From: an uncultured delta proteobacterium
Lineage (GTDB): Bacteria; Desulfobacterota; Binatia; Binatales; Binataceae
Length of the DNA stretch: 64,000 nt
Reading direction: 5' to 3'
Assembly (NCBI GenBank): GCA_963711565.1
Contig: CAVQEQ010000001.1
Coordinates: 1,265,217-1,329,216 of the forward strand
The notes below the pieces were generated by a model. It was given only the letters and a program-made list of their open reading frames with translations. It ran no database searches and was not told where the DNA came from. The first letter of the stretch is position 1. The number at the start of each line of letters is the position of its first letter. Positions 53,876 through 64,000 of this stretch are shown piece after piece. Position numbers and translations under genes: made by a program.

Positions 53876-54982
53876 CTATTGCGCCAAATGCTTCGCCAAA
53901 AAATTAGCCATGATCTGATTGGCCTCTTTCGATTCCGGCAAATGCGGATTGTTCCAGAAGGCGTGCGGCAGCGCCTCGAACACCACCAGCTGCGCCTCGA
54001 CGCCCGCGCGGTAATACGCGCGATGCAGCAAGGTCGTCCCGCTCAGCAGCAAATCGCGCCCGCTGGTGACGAACAGTGTCGGCGGAAATCCACTTTGATC
54101 CGCGTACAGCGGCGACAGGACCGGATCTTTCAGCGGAGTCGCCGCCGCGTAGGAACTACTCTCGTGTTCGTCGCGGCTCGGCGGATCGAGATGCCCGGAG
54201 AATCCGTTCAGCGCAAACAGCGCGATCGAATCTCCCGTTTCACTGAAGTCCCCCATGCCAGAAAAAATTCCCGTCACTGCCGGCATCGGCAATCCCAGCT
54301 GTTTCAGCTTGGACGTAACTTCCGCCGTCAAGATCGCGCCCGCGGACGTTCCGTAAATTCCGATGTGCGACGCCTTGTACGTCTTCAACAATTCTTTGAA
54401 CACCGCCACCGCATCGTCGAGGCCCGCGGGAAAAGGATGCTCCGGCGCCAGCCGATACAAAACCGCAATCACTTTGATCCCAGACAAATTCGCGATGGGA
54501 ATTGTTTCCGACAGCGATCCCGAGTCCGAATCGAATCCCCCGCCGTGCAAATTAATCAGCACGCGGCCCGCTTTTTCTGGAGCAATCGTCAGCGGCGTAA
54601 TCACCCGCACTGGCACTCCGGCAATCGTGTCCGTACCTACATTCACCGGATACATTCTCTTGGACTCTTCGCCAACTCCCGCTTGCCAGTGATCCGTTCC
54701 AATCCGCCGCTGCTCCAGCGTCGTCGGCACCTCCGCATCGGGCTCCTCACGCGCCAGCATTCGTTGCGCTTCGGGACTAATCGTCGTCGGCACCGGAACA
54801 ATCCGCGTCACATACGCGGTCCCATCCGGACCAATCCTGCTCGAATCTCTAAATTGTGTCTCGTCCACTTTCTTCTCTCCCGCCGCGGACTGCGCGCTTC
54901 CCTGCACCGCGAACAACAAACACGCCGCAACCCCACACGCCGCAACTCCCCACATCAGCAGTCGCCGAGCGTGTCCATTCAT
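53876..54982 (-). CDS. Exported alpha/beta hydrolase (HSL-like esterase/lactonase)
   Basis: HGGGF, YRLAPEHPFPA, GTSAG, D.LL, PHAF. Confidence 0.92.
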   Translation of the reverse strand: MNGHARRLLMWGVAACGVAACLLFAVQGSAQSAAGEKKVDETQFRDSSRIGPDGTAYVTRIVPVPTTISPEAQRMLAREEPDAEVPTTLEQRRIGTDHWQAGVGEESKRMYPVNVGTDTIAGVPVRVITPLTIAPEKAGRVLINLHGGGFDSDSGSLSETIPIANLSGIKVIAVLYRLAPEHPFPAGLDDAVAVFKELLKTYKASHIGIYGTSAGAILTAEVTSKLKQLGLPMPAVTGIFSGMGDFSETGDSIALFALNGFSGHLDPPSRDEHESSSYAAATPLKDPVLSPLYADQSGFPPTLFVTSGRDLLLSGTTLLHRAYYRAGVEAQLVVFEALPHAFWNNPHLPESKEANQIMANFLAKHLAQ

Positions 54983-55006
54983 TTGCCGTCCTCCAGCCTT
55001 GTCTCG

Positions 55007-56163
55007 TTATTCCCGGTCAGCGTCGTCCAGATCCACTTCCAATTTCCCTTTAGTGCGCTTGGCCATCAGGTACGAACGAATAAAGGGATCGAGATCGCCA
55101 TCGAGAACCCGGTCCACATCGCCCAACTTCAAATTTGGTCCGGTGATCTTTGATCAGGCGATACGGCTGCATCACGTAAGACCGAATCTGGCTGCCAAAA
55201 GAAATTTCCAGCTTGGTTTCGTCGAGCTTGTCGGTGTGCGCCTGGCGCTTCTTGATTTCTTCGTCGTACAGCCGCGAACGCAACATTTTCATGGCCATTT
55301 CGCGATTCTTGTCCTGGCTCCGCTGGGCCTGGCACCCCACCACGATATTCGTCGGCAAGTGGGTGATGCGCACCGCGGTTTCTACTTTGTTGACGTTCTG
55401 TCCGCCCTTGCCGCCGGCGCGAAACGTATCAATGCGCAAATCTTCCGGACGAATATTGATTTCGATGCGATCGTCGATTTCCGGAATCACAAATACCGAC
55501 GCGAACGAAGTGTGCCGCCGGGCCGCCTGATCGAATGGAGAAATTCGCACCAGCCGATGCACTCCGGTTTCTCCCGCCAGCAATCCGTAAGCGTTCTCTC
55601 CGGCAAACTGGATTGTCGCGTTTTTGATTCCCGCTTCTTCGCCCGGAGTTTCGTCCAGCACTTCCGCTTTCATGTTCTTGCGCTCCGCCCAGCGCAGATA
55701 CATGCGCAGCAGAATCGACGCCCAGTCCTGCGACTCCGTTCCGCCGGCGCCCGGCTTGATGGTCATGATGGCGTTAAGGTGATCAGTTTCGCCGGAGAGC
55801 AGCGTTTTGGTTTCGAGTTCGCCGATGTACGTTTCCGCGGAGTCGAGTTCGCGAGACAAATCTTTCAGCAGCTCGTTGCGCTGCTCGGCGTTGGTTTCTT
55901 CCTTCGCCAGATTGATATAGGTCTCGATGTCTTCGGAAAAAGAGGTCAGCTTTTCGTCCGCGGAGATTTGATCCTCGGCGCGCTTGCGGTCGCGCAGAAC
56001 AGCTTGCGCCTCTTCCTGATTGCTCCAGAAATTGGGATCCGCCGCGCGGGCTTCCAGACCTTTCAGCCTTTCGCGATATTGCGGAGCGTCAAAGATAACT
56101 CCGGACGAGAGAGATGCGGGGTTTCAGTCCTTCGAGGCGATACTGTAGATCTTCGAGAATCAT
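55007..56163 (-). CDS. prfB: Peptide chain release factor 2 with programmed +1 frameshift (plus an extra indel near 55125)
   Basis: ATG at 56163; CGG AGT TAT CTT TGA C slippery site; SPF, GGQ and FGSQIRSY motifs. Confidence 0.96.
56088..56103 (-). other. prfB programmed ribosomal frameshift cassette
   Basis: Minus strand CGGAGT-TAT-CTTTGAC: internal SD-like GGAG followed by CTT TGA C. Confidence 0.9.
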
Positions 56164-56242
56164 GTGAGGTGACGCTGCTCCTTAATTTTTTGCAAAGATC
56201 AAAATGCTGGACGGTCAACGAATCTCAGCGCTTTAACAAAAA

Positions 56243-56271
56243 GCAGATCCCTCGCTGTGCTCGGGATGACA
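56243..56271. repeat. REP-like palindrome (ATCCC...GGGATGACA family)
   Basis: GCAGATCCCTCGCTGTGCTCGGGATGACA; related copy CATCCCTCCCTGCGGTCGGGATGACA at 61124-61149. Confidence 0.7.
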
Positions 56272-56285
56272 GATTTTCTAACTGC

Positions 56286-57971
56286 TCACGATTGCGTGAG
56301 GTCTTCAAAAGCGGTGGCCATCGGCGGTTCGAGAACCACTACCGGCGTTTCCACGATGGGAATCGAAATATTCTCGCCCGCGCCGCCTTTGCTCACCAGA
56401 GTCCAGAGGAAAAGCATAACGGAAATGGCCACGCACAGCCAAGCGAACCAATCGCCGTAGCGCGTGTAGATAGTTTTGTCGCTGCGAAAATCGTAGGGCA
56501 GATTCGCAGCAGCGCGCACGTCCGGCGGCAAGGGTCGATAAATCCGGCCGTACGGATCGATCGACGCAGTGTAGCCATTGTTGGTGCTGCGAATAATCCA
56601 GCGGCGATTTTCCGCAGCCCGCACGCGGACCATCCGCAGATGTTGCTCTGCAGCGGCCGATCGCCCAAACCAGCCATCGTTGGAAATGTTGACGAACAAC
56701 TGCGCGCCATCGTTGGCGAAGGTCCGAATTTCTCCGGGGAAAATCGCCTCGTAACAAATGAAGGTAGCAAATGTTCCTCCGCCAGGAAGCGCGCCAACCG
56801 AATAGCGCGTGCCTTTGCGAAAACCGCCTACTTCGCTGGAAACGTTGGCGACCACTTGATGAATTAGCGGAAAAGGTTCGTACTCGCCGAACGGAACCAA
56901 ATGGATTTTGTCGTAGGTGTACACCCGCTGGCCTTGTTTATCGAGCAGCACCGCGCTGTTGTAAACGACTTGTCCACCGCTCGGTTTTCCATCCGCCGTG
57001 GGCGCCTTGCGAAATTCCACCACGCCGACCAGAAAAGGGTGGTCGAGATGAATAGCCATGGAAGAAGCCAGCCGGGCAAATTCGCTCTCTTCCACGGAGA
57101 ATGGCGCCGGGGCTTCGGGCCACACCAGCAGATCGGTGTTCGCGCCATCGGGCGAGAGGCTCAACTCTTCGACTTCGCGCATCTGTTTGGCGTTCTGCAG
57201 AAACCAGTTACCTTCGGAGGAATTAGTTTCCGGAAAATTCAGCTGAACCGAACGGGCCAGATGATTGGCCTGCGCAGCAGGAACCAGCCGCGGCGAGATC
57301 AGATAAATCGCGAACAACCCCACCGTGGCGGCGGTGAGGATCAGCACCCGATTCACCGGCCGAGGAGTTTTCGCGACGTCGGTCCAGGCCACCAGCGCAT
57401 TGAAACCGGCGACGAAAAAAGAGAGACCGTAGATTCCGGTAACGCTGGTGATTTGCAGCAGTCCGAGATTCGCTGAAGCGGGATAGCCGAGTGAGTTCCA
57501 GGGAAATCCGATGTCCGGCATTTTCCCGTGCAGGAATTCCGCCGCGACAAAAATAAATGGCGCGCCCAGCAGCGCGACTTCGATGTTGCGGCGCGACAAG
57601 CGATTCACCAGCCAGGCGAATACCCCGGCGCAGAATCCCCACAGCGACGCGACCATGAACAGCAAACCCCAGCTGGCGAAGCGCGGAACGTCGCCATGCA
57701 GAAACAGCACCCCGGCGATCCAGGATTCCGAAGTGATGGCAAAAATCACGGCATGCAGAAAACCGCAGGCAAACGCGATGCGCGGCCGGGCGCCAAACAA
57801 AATGACCAACAAGATGCCAACGCAAATATAGGAATAAACTGCGAGATAAAATCCGGTGAACGAAAAAGAGAGGGCCGCGCCACTCACGGCGGCGACAACC
57901 AGGCGGAAGGCCGTGGGAGTTATGGCACTAGAATGCGGGCGGAGATAAGCGTTCCAACGGCCCGGGGCCAT
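56286..57971 (-). CDS. lnt: Apolipoprotein N-acyltransferase
   Basis: GFPW..LGY, VWPEA, YDK.HLVPFGEY, ICYE..F, NISNDGWFG, RA.ENRR. Confidence 0.96.
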   Translation of the reverse strand: MAPGRWNAYLRPHSSAITPTAFRLVVAAVSGAALSFSFTGFYLAVYSYICVGILLVILFGARPRIAFACGFLHAVIFAITSESWIAGVLFLHGDVPRFASWGLLFMVASLWGFCAGVFAWLVNRLSRRNIEVALLGAPFIFVAAEFLHGKMPDIGFPWNSLGYPASANLGLLQITSVTGIYGLSFFVAGFNALVAWTDVAKTPRPVNRVLILTAATVGLFAIYLISPRLVPAAQANHLARSVQLNFPETNSSEGNWFLQNAKQMREVEELSLSPDGANTDLLVWPEAPAPFSVEESEFARLASSMAIHLDHPFLVGVVEFRKAPTADGKPSGGQVVYNSAVLLDKQGQRVYTYDKIHLVPFGEYEPFPLIHQVVANVSSEVGGFRKGTRYSVGALPGGGTFATFICYEAIFPGEIRTFANDGAQLFVNISNDGWFGRSAAAEQHLRMVRVRAAENRRWIIRSTNNGYTASIDPYGRIYRPLPPDVRAAANLPYDFRSDKTIYTRYGDWFAWLCVAISVMLFLWTLVSKGGAGENISIPIVETPVVVLEPPMATAFEDLTQS

Positions 57972-58699
57972 CAGTGTTTCACAATTGCTTTGAAGCCTGC
58001 AGCGTCGAGACCTTTCTTGGCAGCGTCGGCGGCTTTTTGGTCCGTGAAGGGACCGACTTGCACGCGATAAAATTTATCGCCTTGCGGCGGCAAAACGAAA
58101 GCTTGGAATTTTCGCTTCCGCAAATTGTTTGCGAGATCGAGAGCGTCGGCTTCGCTTTTCAGCGCAGCCACTTGCAGCGTGTAGCTTCCAACGGGCACCA
58201 CAGGCGTCGACGCGGGTGCGAGGATGGGCTTGTTTCGCGAAGCCGTGACCGCCGCGGTATTTTTTACGACGGCGGGAGCAGGGTGCGCCGGCTGCATCAC
58301 ATTTTTCGGAACATTTGCGGGCGCTGTTTTCGCGGGCGCAACATTCGTCGGCGCTATATTCTTTGCGGTGTCGGTGCGTGGCGTCGCAGGTGTTCCGCTC
58401 TCGTGAGTTACCCAGGGAATGCTGTCGTGCGAATTTGTTTCAGTCGGTGGCGGCTCGTCGGCATCCGGCGTGACTCCGCCAGTGGGATGTTTGCCCACCA
58501 AGGGTCGCGGCGTTATCGATGAGTCGAGAAAACCGCCTTTCGGCTTGGTTCCCGCTTGCACGTCGGTTTGGCTCTGGCCCATCTTGAAGCCCAGCGAGAA
58601 AAACAGCGCCGAAAATAAAAGGATGATGACGAACAAGCCGATCACGTGCTTGCCTTCAAGCACACGATCCCCAGCTCCGGATTTTCTGCGCGCAGCCAT
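57971..58699 (-). CDS. SPOR domain protein (DedD/FtsN-like)
   Basis: N-terminal TM, Pro-rich linker, YTLQVAA...YRVQVGPF. Confidence 0.9.
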   Translation of the reverse strand: MAARRKSGAGDRVLEGKHVIGLFVIILLFSALFFSLGFKMGQSQTDVQAGTKPKGGFLDSSITPRPLVGKHPTGGVTPDADEPPPTETNSHDSIPWVTHESGTPATPRTDTAKNIAPTNVAPAKTAPANVPKNVMQPAHPAPAVVKNTAAVTASRNKPILAPASTPVVPVGSYTLQVAALKSEADALDLANNLRKRKFQAFVLPPQGDKFYRVQVGPFTDQKAADAAKKGLDAAGFKAIVKH

Positions 58700-58701
58700 A
58701 C

Positions 58702-59472
58702 TTATTTTTGTGGCGCCCCCAGTGATTTAGTCCACTGGTTAATGATATCGATAGGCAGCGGAAACACAATCGTTGTGTTCTTCTCGACACCTATCTCGGT
58801 TAACGTCTGGAGGTAGCGGAGTTGGATGGCGGTGGGCTGAGTTTCCAACACTTTGGCGGCGTCAGCCAGTTTTTGCGAGGCTTCGAACTCGCCCTCGGCG
58901 TGAATGATCTTGGCGCGGCGTTCGCGCTCGGCTTCGGCCTGGCGGGCGATGGCACGCTGCATTTGTTCGGGGATGTCGACTTGTTTTACTTCTACCTTGC
59001 TGACTTTGACGCCCCAGGGCTCGGTATCTTGATCGAGAATCACCTGTAGCTTGGCGTTTACTTTGTCGCGCTGGGAGAGAATTTCGTCCAGTTCGAATTG
59101 GCCGACTACGCTGCGGATGGTGGTTTGCGCAAACTGTGAGACGGCGTAGGAATAATTTTGCACTTGGGAGAGCGCCATGTTGGCGTCGACTACGCGGAAG
59201 TAGCAGACCGCGTTTACTTTTACGGTGACGTTGTCGCGGGTGATGATGTCTTGCGGAGGAACGTCCAGGGTTTCGATGCGGAGGGGGATGCGGTAGAGAG
59301 TTTCGATGGGCCAGAAAACCAAATTCAAGCCTGCGCCTTTGGCCACCGGCAAGAGGCGGCCGAGGCGCAGGACTACGCCGCGTTCCCATTCTTTGATGAT
59401 GTAGAGGGAGTTCCAGAACCAGATGAGGAAGATGAAGACGATGATGATGATTCCTACGAATCCGATTTCCAT
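58702..59472 (-). CDS. Slipin (SPFH/band 7) family protein
   Basis: ERGVVLRLG, Q..ITRDNV, WGVKV..VE.K, QAEAERERRAKII.AEGE, QLRYLQTL. Confidence 0.95.
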   Translation of the reverse strand: MEIGFVGIIIIVFIFLIWFWNSLYIIKEWERGVVLRLGRLLPVAKGAGLNLVFWPIETLYRIPLRIETLDVPPQDIITRDNVTVKVNAVCYFRVVDANMALSQVQNYSYAVSQFAQTTIRSVVGQFELDEILSQRDKVNAKLQVILDQDTEPWGVKVSKVEVKQVDIPEQMQRAIARQAEAERERRAKIIHAEGEFEASQKLADAAKVLETQPTAIQLRYLQTLTEIGVEKNTTIVFPLPIDIINQWTKSLGAPQK

Positions 59473-59520
59473 TTTTGTGCTCCTGATGATGCTGTTGCGA
59501 AGATGCTCCGGGCCGAATTA

Positions 59521-59720
59521 GGCCGGACTAAACGTCCGGCGCCTACAAAACCGGTGTTGCTTCGGCGAAAATCGTGCTCGTGCTGGCGAAGAGCGCCGGG
59601 ACTAAAGCCCGGCCGCTACAACTGCAAAAGCAACAGCAAAGAACCACCAACGTTGGTGCTTCGGCGAAAATCGCGTCAGTGCTAAAAAAGGCGACCGCCT
59701 CAGAAGGCGGCCGCTACAAC
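59521..59720. repeat. Three GTAG-family REP-like hairpins with shared linker
   Basis: Hairpins ending CTACA at about 59521, 59595, 59690, separated by GCTTCGGCGAAAATCG. Confidence 0.78.
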
Positions 59721-59735
59721 GGCAAAATCAAAAGC

Positions 59736-61077
59736 TCAACTGCTTTTTACTGGTTCTACGAAGAGTTGCAGGCCTTCGATTCGTAGGACCTTTACGGCGC
59801 TTCCTGGCGCCACTGGTTCCTTGCTGATGGCGCGCCAGAGTTCGCCGTGGATGCGGATGATGCCTTCAGCTCCTGCGGGCAGCGGCTCTACTACGATTCC
59901 CTGCTCGCCGAGCAGTTCTTCTTTGCCGGTGGCGGGCTTCCAACGGCGCGAACGCAATACCAGACGCATCAAGAAAACGGCAATCAAGGCGAACGGCAAT
60001 GTTACGGCCAGGGCTACGAAAAAGCTTACGCCGAAACCGGTCAGGGGGGAGCGTATCAGGACATGGCACCGAGCAACATGGAAACTATTCCGCCGGCGAC
60101 CAGGACGCCGTGGCTGGTGTATTTGGCTTCCATGATGAAGAAGGCTAGGGCCAAGAGAATCAGGAAAACGCCGGCTAAATTTACTGGAAGGAAGTGCATG
60201 GCGTAGAGCGCCAGGACCAGGGAGATGCCGCCGATTACGCCGGGGGCGATTACGCCCGGATGGGTGAATTCGGTGTACAGGCCGAGGACTCCGACGATCA
60301 ATAACACAAAGAAAATATCCGGCTCGACGATGCGGGCCAAAAATTTCTGGCGGCTGGAGAGTTCGAAAGAGGTTTGCGTGGGATTGTGCAGCGCGAGCGT
60401 TACTTTACTGCCGTCGAAGCGGGTGATGGTGCGGCCGTCCAGCTTGGCGAGCAGGTCGTCTACGTTGTTGGCGATCAGATCGATCATCTTGGCGTCCAAC
60501 GCTTTTTCGGTGAAGGATTTGGCGTCGGAGATGGCGGTCTCGGCGAGGACGGGATTGCGGCCGCGCTTTTACGGTGAAGCTACGCAGAGGGCCATGGCCT
60601 TGATCGATTTTCTTGCGGAAAACGTCATCGATTTGAGTTGGCAGGCCGCCGATCACCATGATCGGAGAGGCGGCACCGGGTGCGTGCCGGGAGCCATGGC
60701 GGCGACGTCCGCGGAGAGCAAAATGTAAAAGCCGGCGCTGGCGCCGCGTGCGCCATTGGGTGTTCGTCGACGGCGACCGGAACGGGCGAAGCTAGAATGT
60801 GCTGGACGATCTCTTTCATCGAGTCGCTTAAGCCGCCGGGAGTGTCCATGGTGATTACGACTAGCGCGGCGTGGCGTTGCGCGGCGTCGGTTAGGCCTTC
60901 GTCGAGATAGGTGGCGAGGATGGGTTCTACGTCGCCGTCGATGTGCAGGATGGAGACCAACGGGCTTGCGGGAGTTGTCTGGTCTGCCGAGGCTTGCACC
61001 GAACGTAAATGAAACTCGGCGAGCAACAAGATCGCGGTGAAGATTCCGCCGAGCAATGCCGCGGCACGGATGCGCAT
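59736..61077 (-). CDS. nfeD: NfeD-family membrane-bound serine protease, frameshifted
   Basis: MDTPGGL, ASAG.YIL..AD.AAMAPGT, EFTHPG..APG, G.I.IHGELW.A; adjacent to slipin. Confidence 0.9.
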
Positions 61078-61165
61078 CCGTTTGTGGCGAAACGAGAAAG
61101 TGTGTTCGAGGCTGAAGAAAGTACATCCCTCCCTGCGGTCGGGATGACAATTTTTTGCTGAGTTT

Positions 61166-62916
61166 TCATTGCGCACCTCCGTTGGGGTGGGCGTCGGCTG
61201 CGTTGGGGCTGGACAGGCGATCGAGCAATTCTTTGGCCTCGGTGTAATTAGGGGCGAGCTTCAGGGCGCGCTGCACTTCGGTGCCGGCCAGCGCGGTTTT
61301 TTCTGCTCCAGATAAATGCGGGCCAAGGCCACGCGGACCACGGCGTTATCGCGCGATTGCAAAGCGGCCTGCAGTTGCAACACCGCTTCATCGACTGCCC
61401 TGGCGGCGAGCGATATCGGCCAAACCGCGATGCGCGGAAGCGTTACTGCCATCGATGGCCAGCGCCGCATTGAAATCGCTCTTCGCCGCATCTACGTGCC
61501 CGGCAGAAAGTTCCTGCCGCGCGCGGCGGATCAAACCTTCCGCGGAATCCGTGGCGGGGGCGGAAGAGGCAAGCATGGCGGGCTCGGCGGGCTCAATTTC
61601 CTGGCGCAGCGACGTGGTGTCCAGTTCGGTTTTGATCCGGCCATGTGCGTGAGCGTGTCGCTCTTGGCGTCGAGATGCAGCGCCGGCAATCCGCTGGGTC
61701 CAAACATTTCGACTGCGGATACCCGTTCCTGTTCGGCTTCCGGCTGGCGGCCGGCTTTATCCAGCGCGAAATCAAGAGCGCGCGGTCTTCGGGATTGTCC
61801 GGTTCGCGTTCGGTAGCTTCGCGAAAATATCCCGCGGCGTTGGCGGCGTCGTTGGCCTGCAGCGCGAGTAAGCCCAGGTTGACCGGATAATCGTCTTCGT
61901 CGGGATCGAGATCGGCGGCGCGCTGCAAATCGGTCTGCGCGCCGGTGACGTCCCCGAGACGAGCCTTGGCCAAGGCTAAATTATTCAGAATTTCCGGGAG
62001 GTCTCCGCCGGCCACTACGCTGCTACTGCGATCGGCGGCGACACTTTCGCGCAAGGATTCGCGCAGTGAAGTAAAAACTTCTTCGGCGCGATCCGGCTGG
62101 CTCAAAAGCAAGCGGCAGACGCCGGTGGCGAACACCGCTTCCGCGTAACGATCGTGCTGTTTGGGAATGCGGGCATACCAGGGCAAGCCGAATTGCAATC
62201 GCGGCGGGAAAAATAAACTTCGCCGAGCCAGAAATCCGGTTCGGGCCAATCGGCTCGAGGCGAGCGGCTTCTTTCAGTTCGCGGAGACGCACCTCGTCTT
62301 CGTTGGCCAGCAGGCCGCGCACGTAGTGTTCGAAGGCATCGAGGCGCAGAGGCCGCTGCTTTTTGGCAAATTCGGTCAGGCTGAAAGGGTACGAGCGATT
62401 GCTCGAAGAAAGGGTGCGCCAGGCCAGCTTGGTCTGCAGATCCATCAGCGAATCGAGCGGTCCAGATTCGCGAATTACCGGCAGAAGCGAGGGCGGGTTG
62501 ACCCGCACGGATGCGCGATTCGCACGTCGACGTGGTGCCGTCAGAGGTGAAGCTGCCGAACAGAACGTAGTCGACGTCCAGATCTTCCGCAATGCGCAGC
62601 ATGGTGGCGCGATCGGTTTCGCAGACAGGCGGTAATCCGTAGCGGTCGAGTTCGTTGATGCGGCCGGAGTGCGAGTCAACGGATCGCCCGCGGCCGAAAG
62701 GCGGAGAATGGTGAGTTCTTCGAGGCCTTCGCCGAGCCAGTCCAGGCGCGAGGAAGCTCCGGCATTTTCAAAAGGAAAGACCAGATAGATTTGGCTGCCG
62801 ATGGCAGGAGCGGCGCGGTGCGTGGCGGATTGCTGCGCGCAGAGCGTTCCAGGGTGCAGGAGTGCGACCGCCGCGACTGCGAGTATGAATCTCTGAATGA
62901 ACACATGGGAACCCAT
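61166..62916 (-). CDS. Exported TolB-like/TPR protein, frameshifted
   Basis: LVFPFEN....LDWLGEG, AFEHYVRG, multiple TPR helices. Confidence 0.8.
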
Positions 62917-62997
62917 GCAGATTGCATTGTAACAGAGGACGCAGTGACGCATGGGGTTGTCGTTCCACGTCTAGACAGGAGCGAGCTGCAAGTAGAC

Positions 62998-63028
62998 AAA
63001 AGCGGGCCGACCCGAAAAGCGGCCCGAT
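62998..63028 (-). terminator. Probable intrinsic terminator
   Basis: Minus strand CGGGCCG-loop-CGGCCCG-CTTTT just after the TPR gene stop. Confidence 0.6.
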
Positions 63029-63051
63029 CTGTTGCGCCGGAAAATTACGAG

Positions 63052-63972
63052 TTAGTGCTGCGGGTCCAGCGCGGCGTTGCGGAAGTGCACCGTGCCGTCG
63101 GTGGGCTTGGGAGCCAGCGCATCTTGGACTTCAGGATTTTTCAGCAGCGCCGCGAAGACCGGGTCCGCTTTGGCCGCGTCCAGGGCGGTAAAGCCTTCGT
63201 CTTTGGCTTTGCGGAGATAAATGATGCAGCGCTCGATGTTGCCGGCTCCCGCAAAAGACTTGGCCAGCAGGAAATAGAAGCGGCCGCGATCGTCCACGGA
63301 ACGATCCTGCAGTACCGAGCCGGTTCGCGAACCGTTTTGCTCGAAGTAGTGCGGATCGATGGCTAGCGCCTGGCGGAAGGAGGCCAGCGACTGGTCGTAT
63401 TTTCTATCTTCAAAATAGGCATAGGCCAGATTGCTGTACAGCACCGGCATATCTTTGCGGATGTTGATGGCCTTCTGGTAGGCGCGAATGGCTTTGCCGT
63501 AACGTTTGCGCTGATACCAGATGGTGCCGATATTATTTTCGGCGTCGGCGTACAGCGGATCCACCTTGACGGCGCGCTCGTAACACTTGATGGCCATGGT
63601 CAGCGCGGCCTGTTGGTGCAGCGAAATGCCCAGTTTGTTCAGGTATACGGCGTTTTGCGGGTTGGCGTCGGAAAGGCGCTTGAAGACGATCGCAGCTTCG
63701 CGATAGTCCTTGCGGACCATATATAGGTCGCCCAGCTGATCGTCGGTAAGTTCAGGACGAACGGTGATTACCGAAGGATCGGTAACCGGCGGCAACTGCG
63801 GCTGCCCTTGCGCGAGCGGCGCGGATAGGCGCGGCTCCGCGACCCCTATCGGCAGCCCTCCCGGCACCGCTACACTGTCCCCGACACTGTCGGAGAATGT
63901 TTGCGCGGAGGATGATATAGCGAAAGTAACTAAGAGCAAGCTGGCAGGAAAGACTGCTGAAAGTCGGCTCAT
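63052..63972 (-). CDS. Exported tetratricopeptide repeat protein
   Basis: Signal peptide; YLNKLGI, DP.YADAENNIG, YSNLAYAY TPRs. Confidence 0.9.
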   Translation of the reverse strand: MSRLSAVFPASLLLVTFAISSSAQTFSDSVGDSVAVPGGLPIGVAEPRLSAPLAQGQPQLPPVTDPSVITVRPELTDDQLGDLYMVRKDYREAAIVFKRLSDANPQNAVYLNKLGISLHQQAALTMAIKCYERAVKVDPLYADAENNIGTIWYQRKRYGKAIRAYQKAINIRKDMPVLYSNLAYAYFEDRKYDQSLASFRQALAIDPHYFEQNGSRTGSVLQDRSVDDRGRFYFLLAKSFAGAGNIERCIIYLRKAKDEGFTALDAAKADPVFAALLKNPEVQDALAPKPTDGTVHFRNAALDPQH

Positions 63973-64000
63973 GGCAGACCTCTTTAATCCGGGTTCGGTT

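Noticed and set aside
53747-56867. Long + strand ORFs of 468 and 622 aa
   Set aside because: Antisense shadows of the hydrolase, prfB and lnt in GC-rich DNA.

Overview
Bacterial DNA that looks mosaic and contains many indels. Three blocks are distinguishable. (1) 1-10.86 kb: a tripartite RND efflux operon, a DUF2339 / DUF3999-like membrane protein pair and a SAM methyltransferase. (2) About 10.86-21.82 kb: an accessory block that starts and ends in broken genes and has Alphaproteobacteria-like content (CadC-like wHTH-TPR sensor, FadR, Tat sulfatase, tannase, SnoaL, ThuA, HpcH fragment). It is punctuated by six copies of a 28-bp 11+6+11 imperfect palindrome. Five of the six follow a gene 3' end and point the same way as that gene. 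This is the best candidate for an undescribed recombinase-driven gene-cassette or module system. (3) 21.86-64 kb: Acidobacteria-like backbone (radical SAM, Ysc84, mpg, PlpD, pit, gltB, tldD/pmbA, ahcY, metK, prfB with programmed frameshift, lnt, SPOR, slipin/nfeD, TPRs) with several REP-like families. It also holds a LexA-box-controlled truncated Y-family polymerase-like gene and a 48-54 kb variable island. The island carries an Xis/MerR-like HTH-TM-TPR sensor facing a PEP-CTERM gene across 10-bp-phased CGGACA repeats, and a strong promoter in front of a 23-bp repeat array. Most frameshifts (including in essential genes) are probably long-read errors. Taxonomic and family calls come from motif recognition only; no searches were run. 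No rRNA, tRNA, CRISPR-cas, transposase or integrase gene was recognised.
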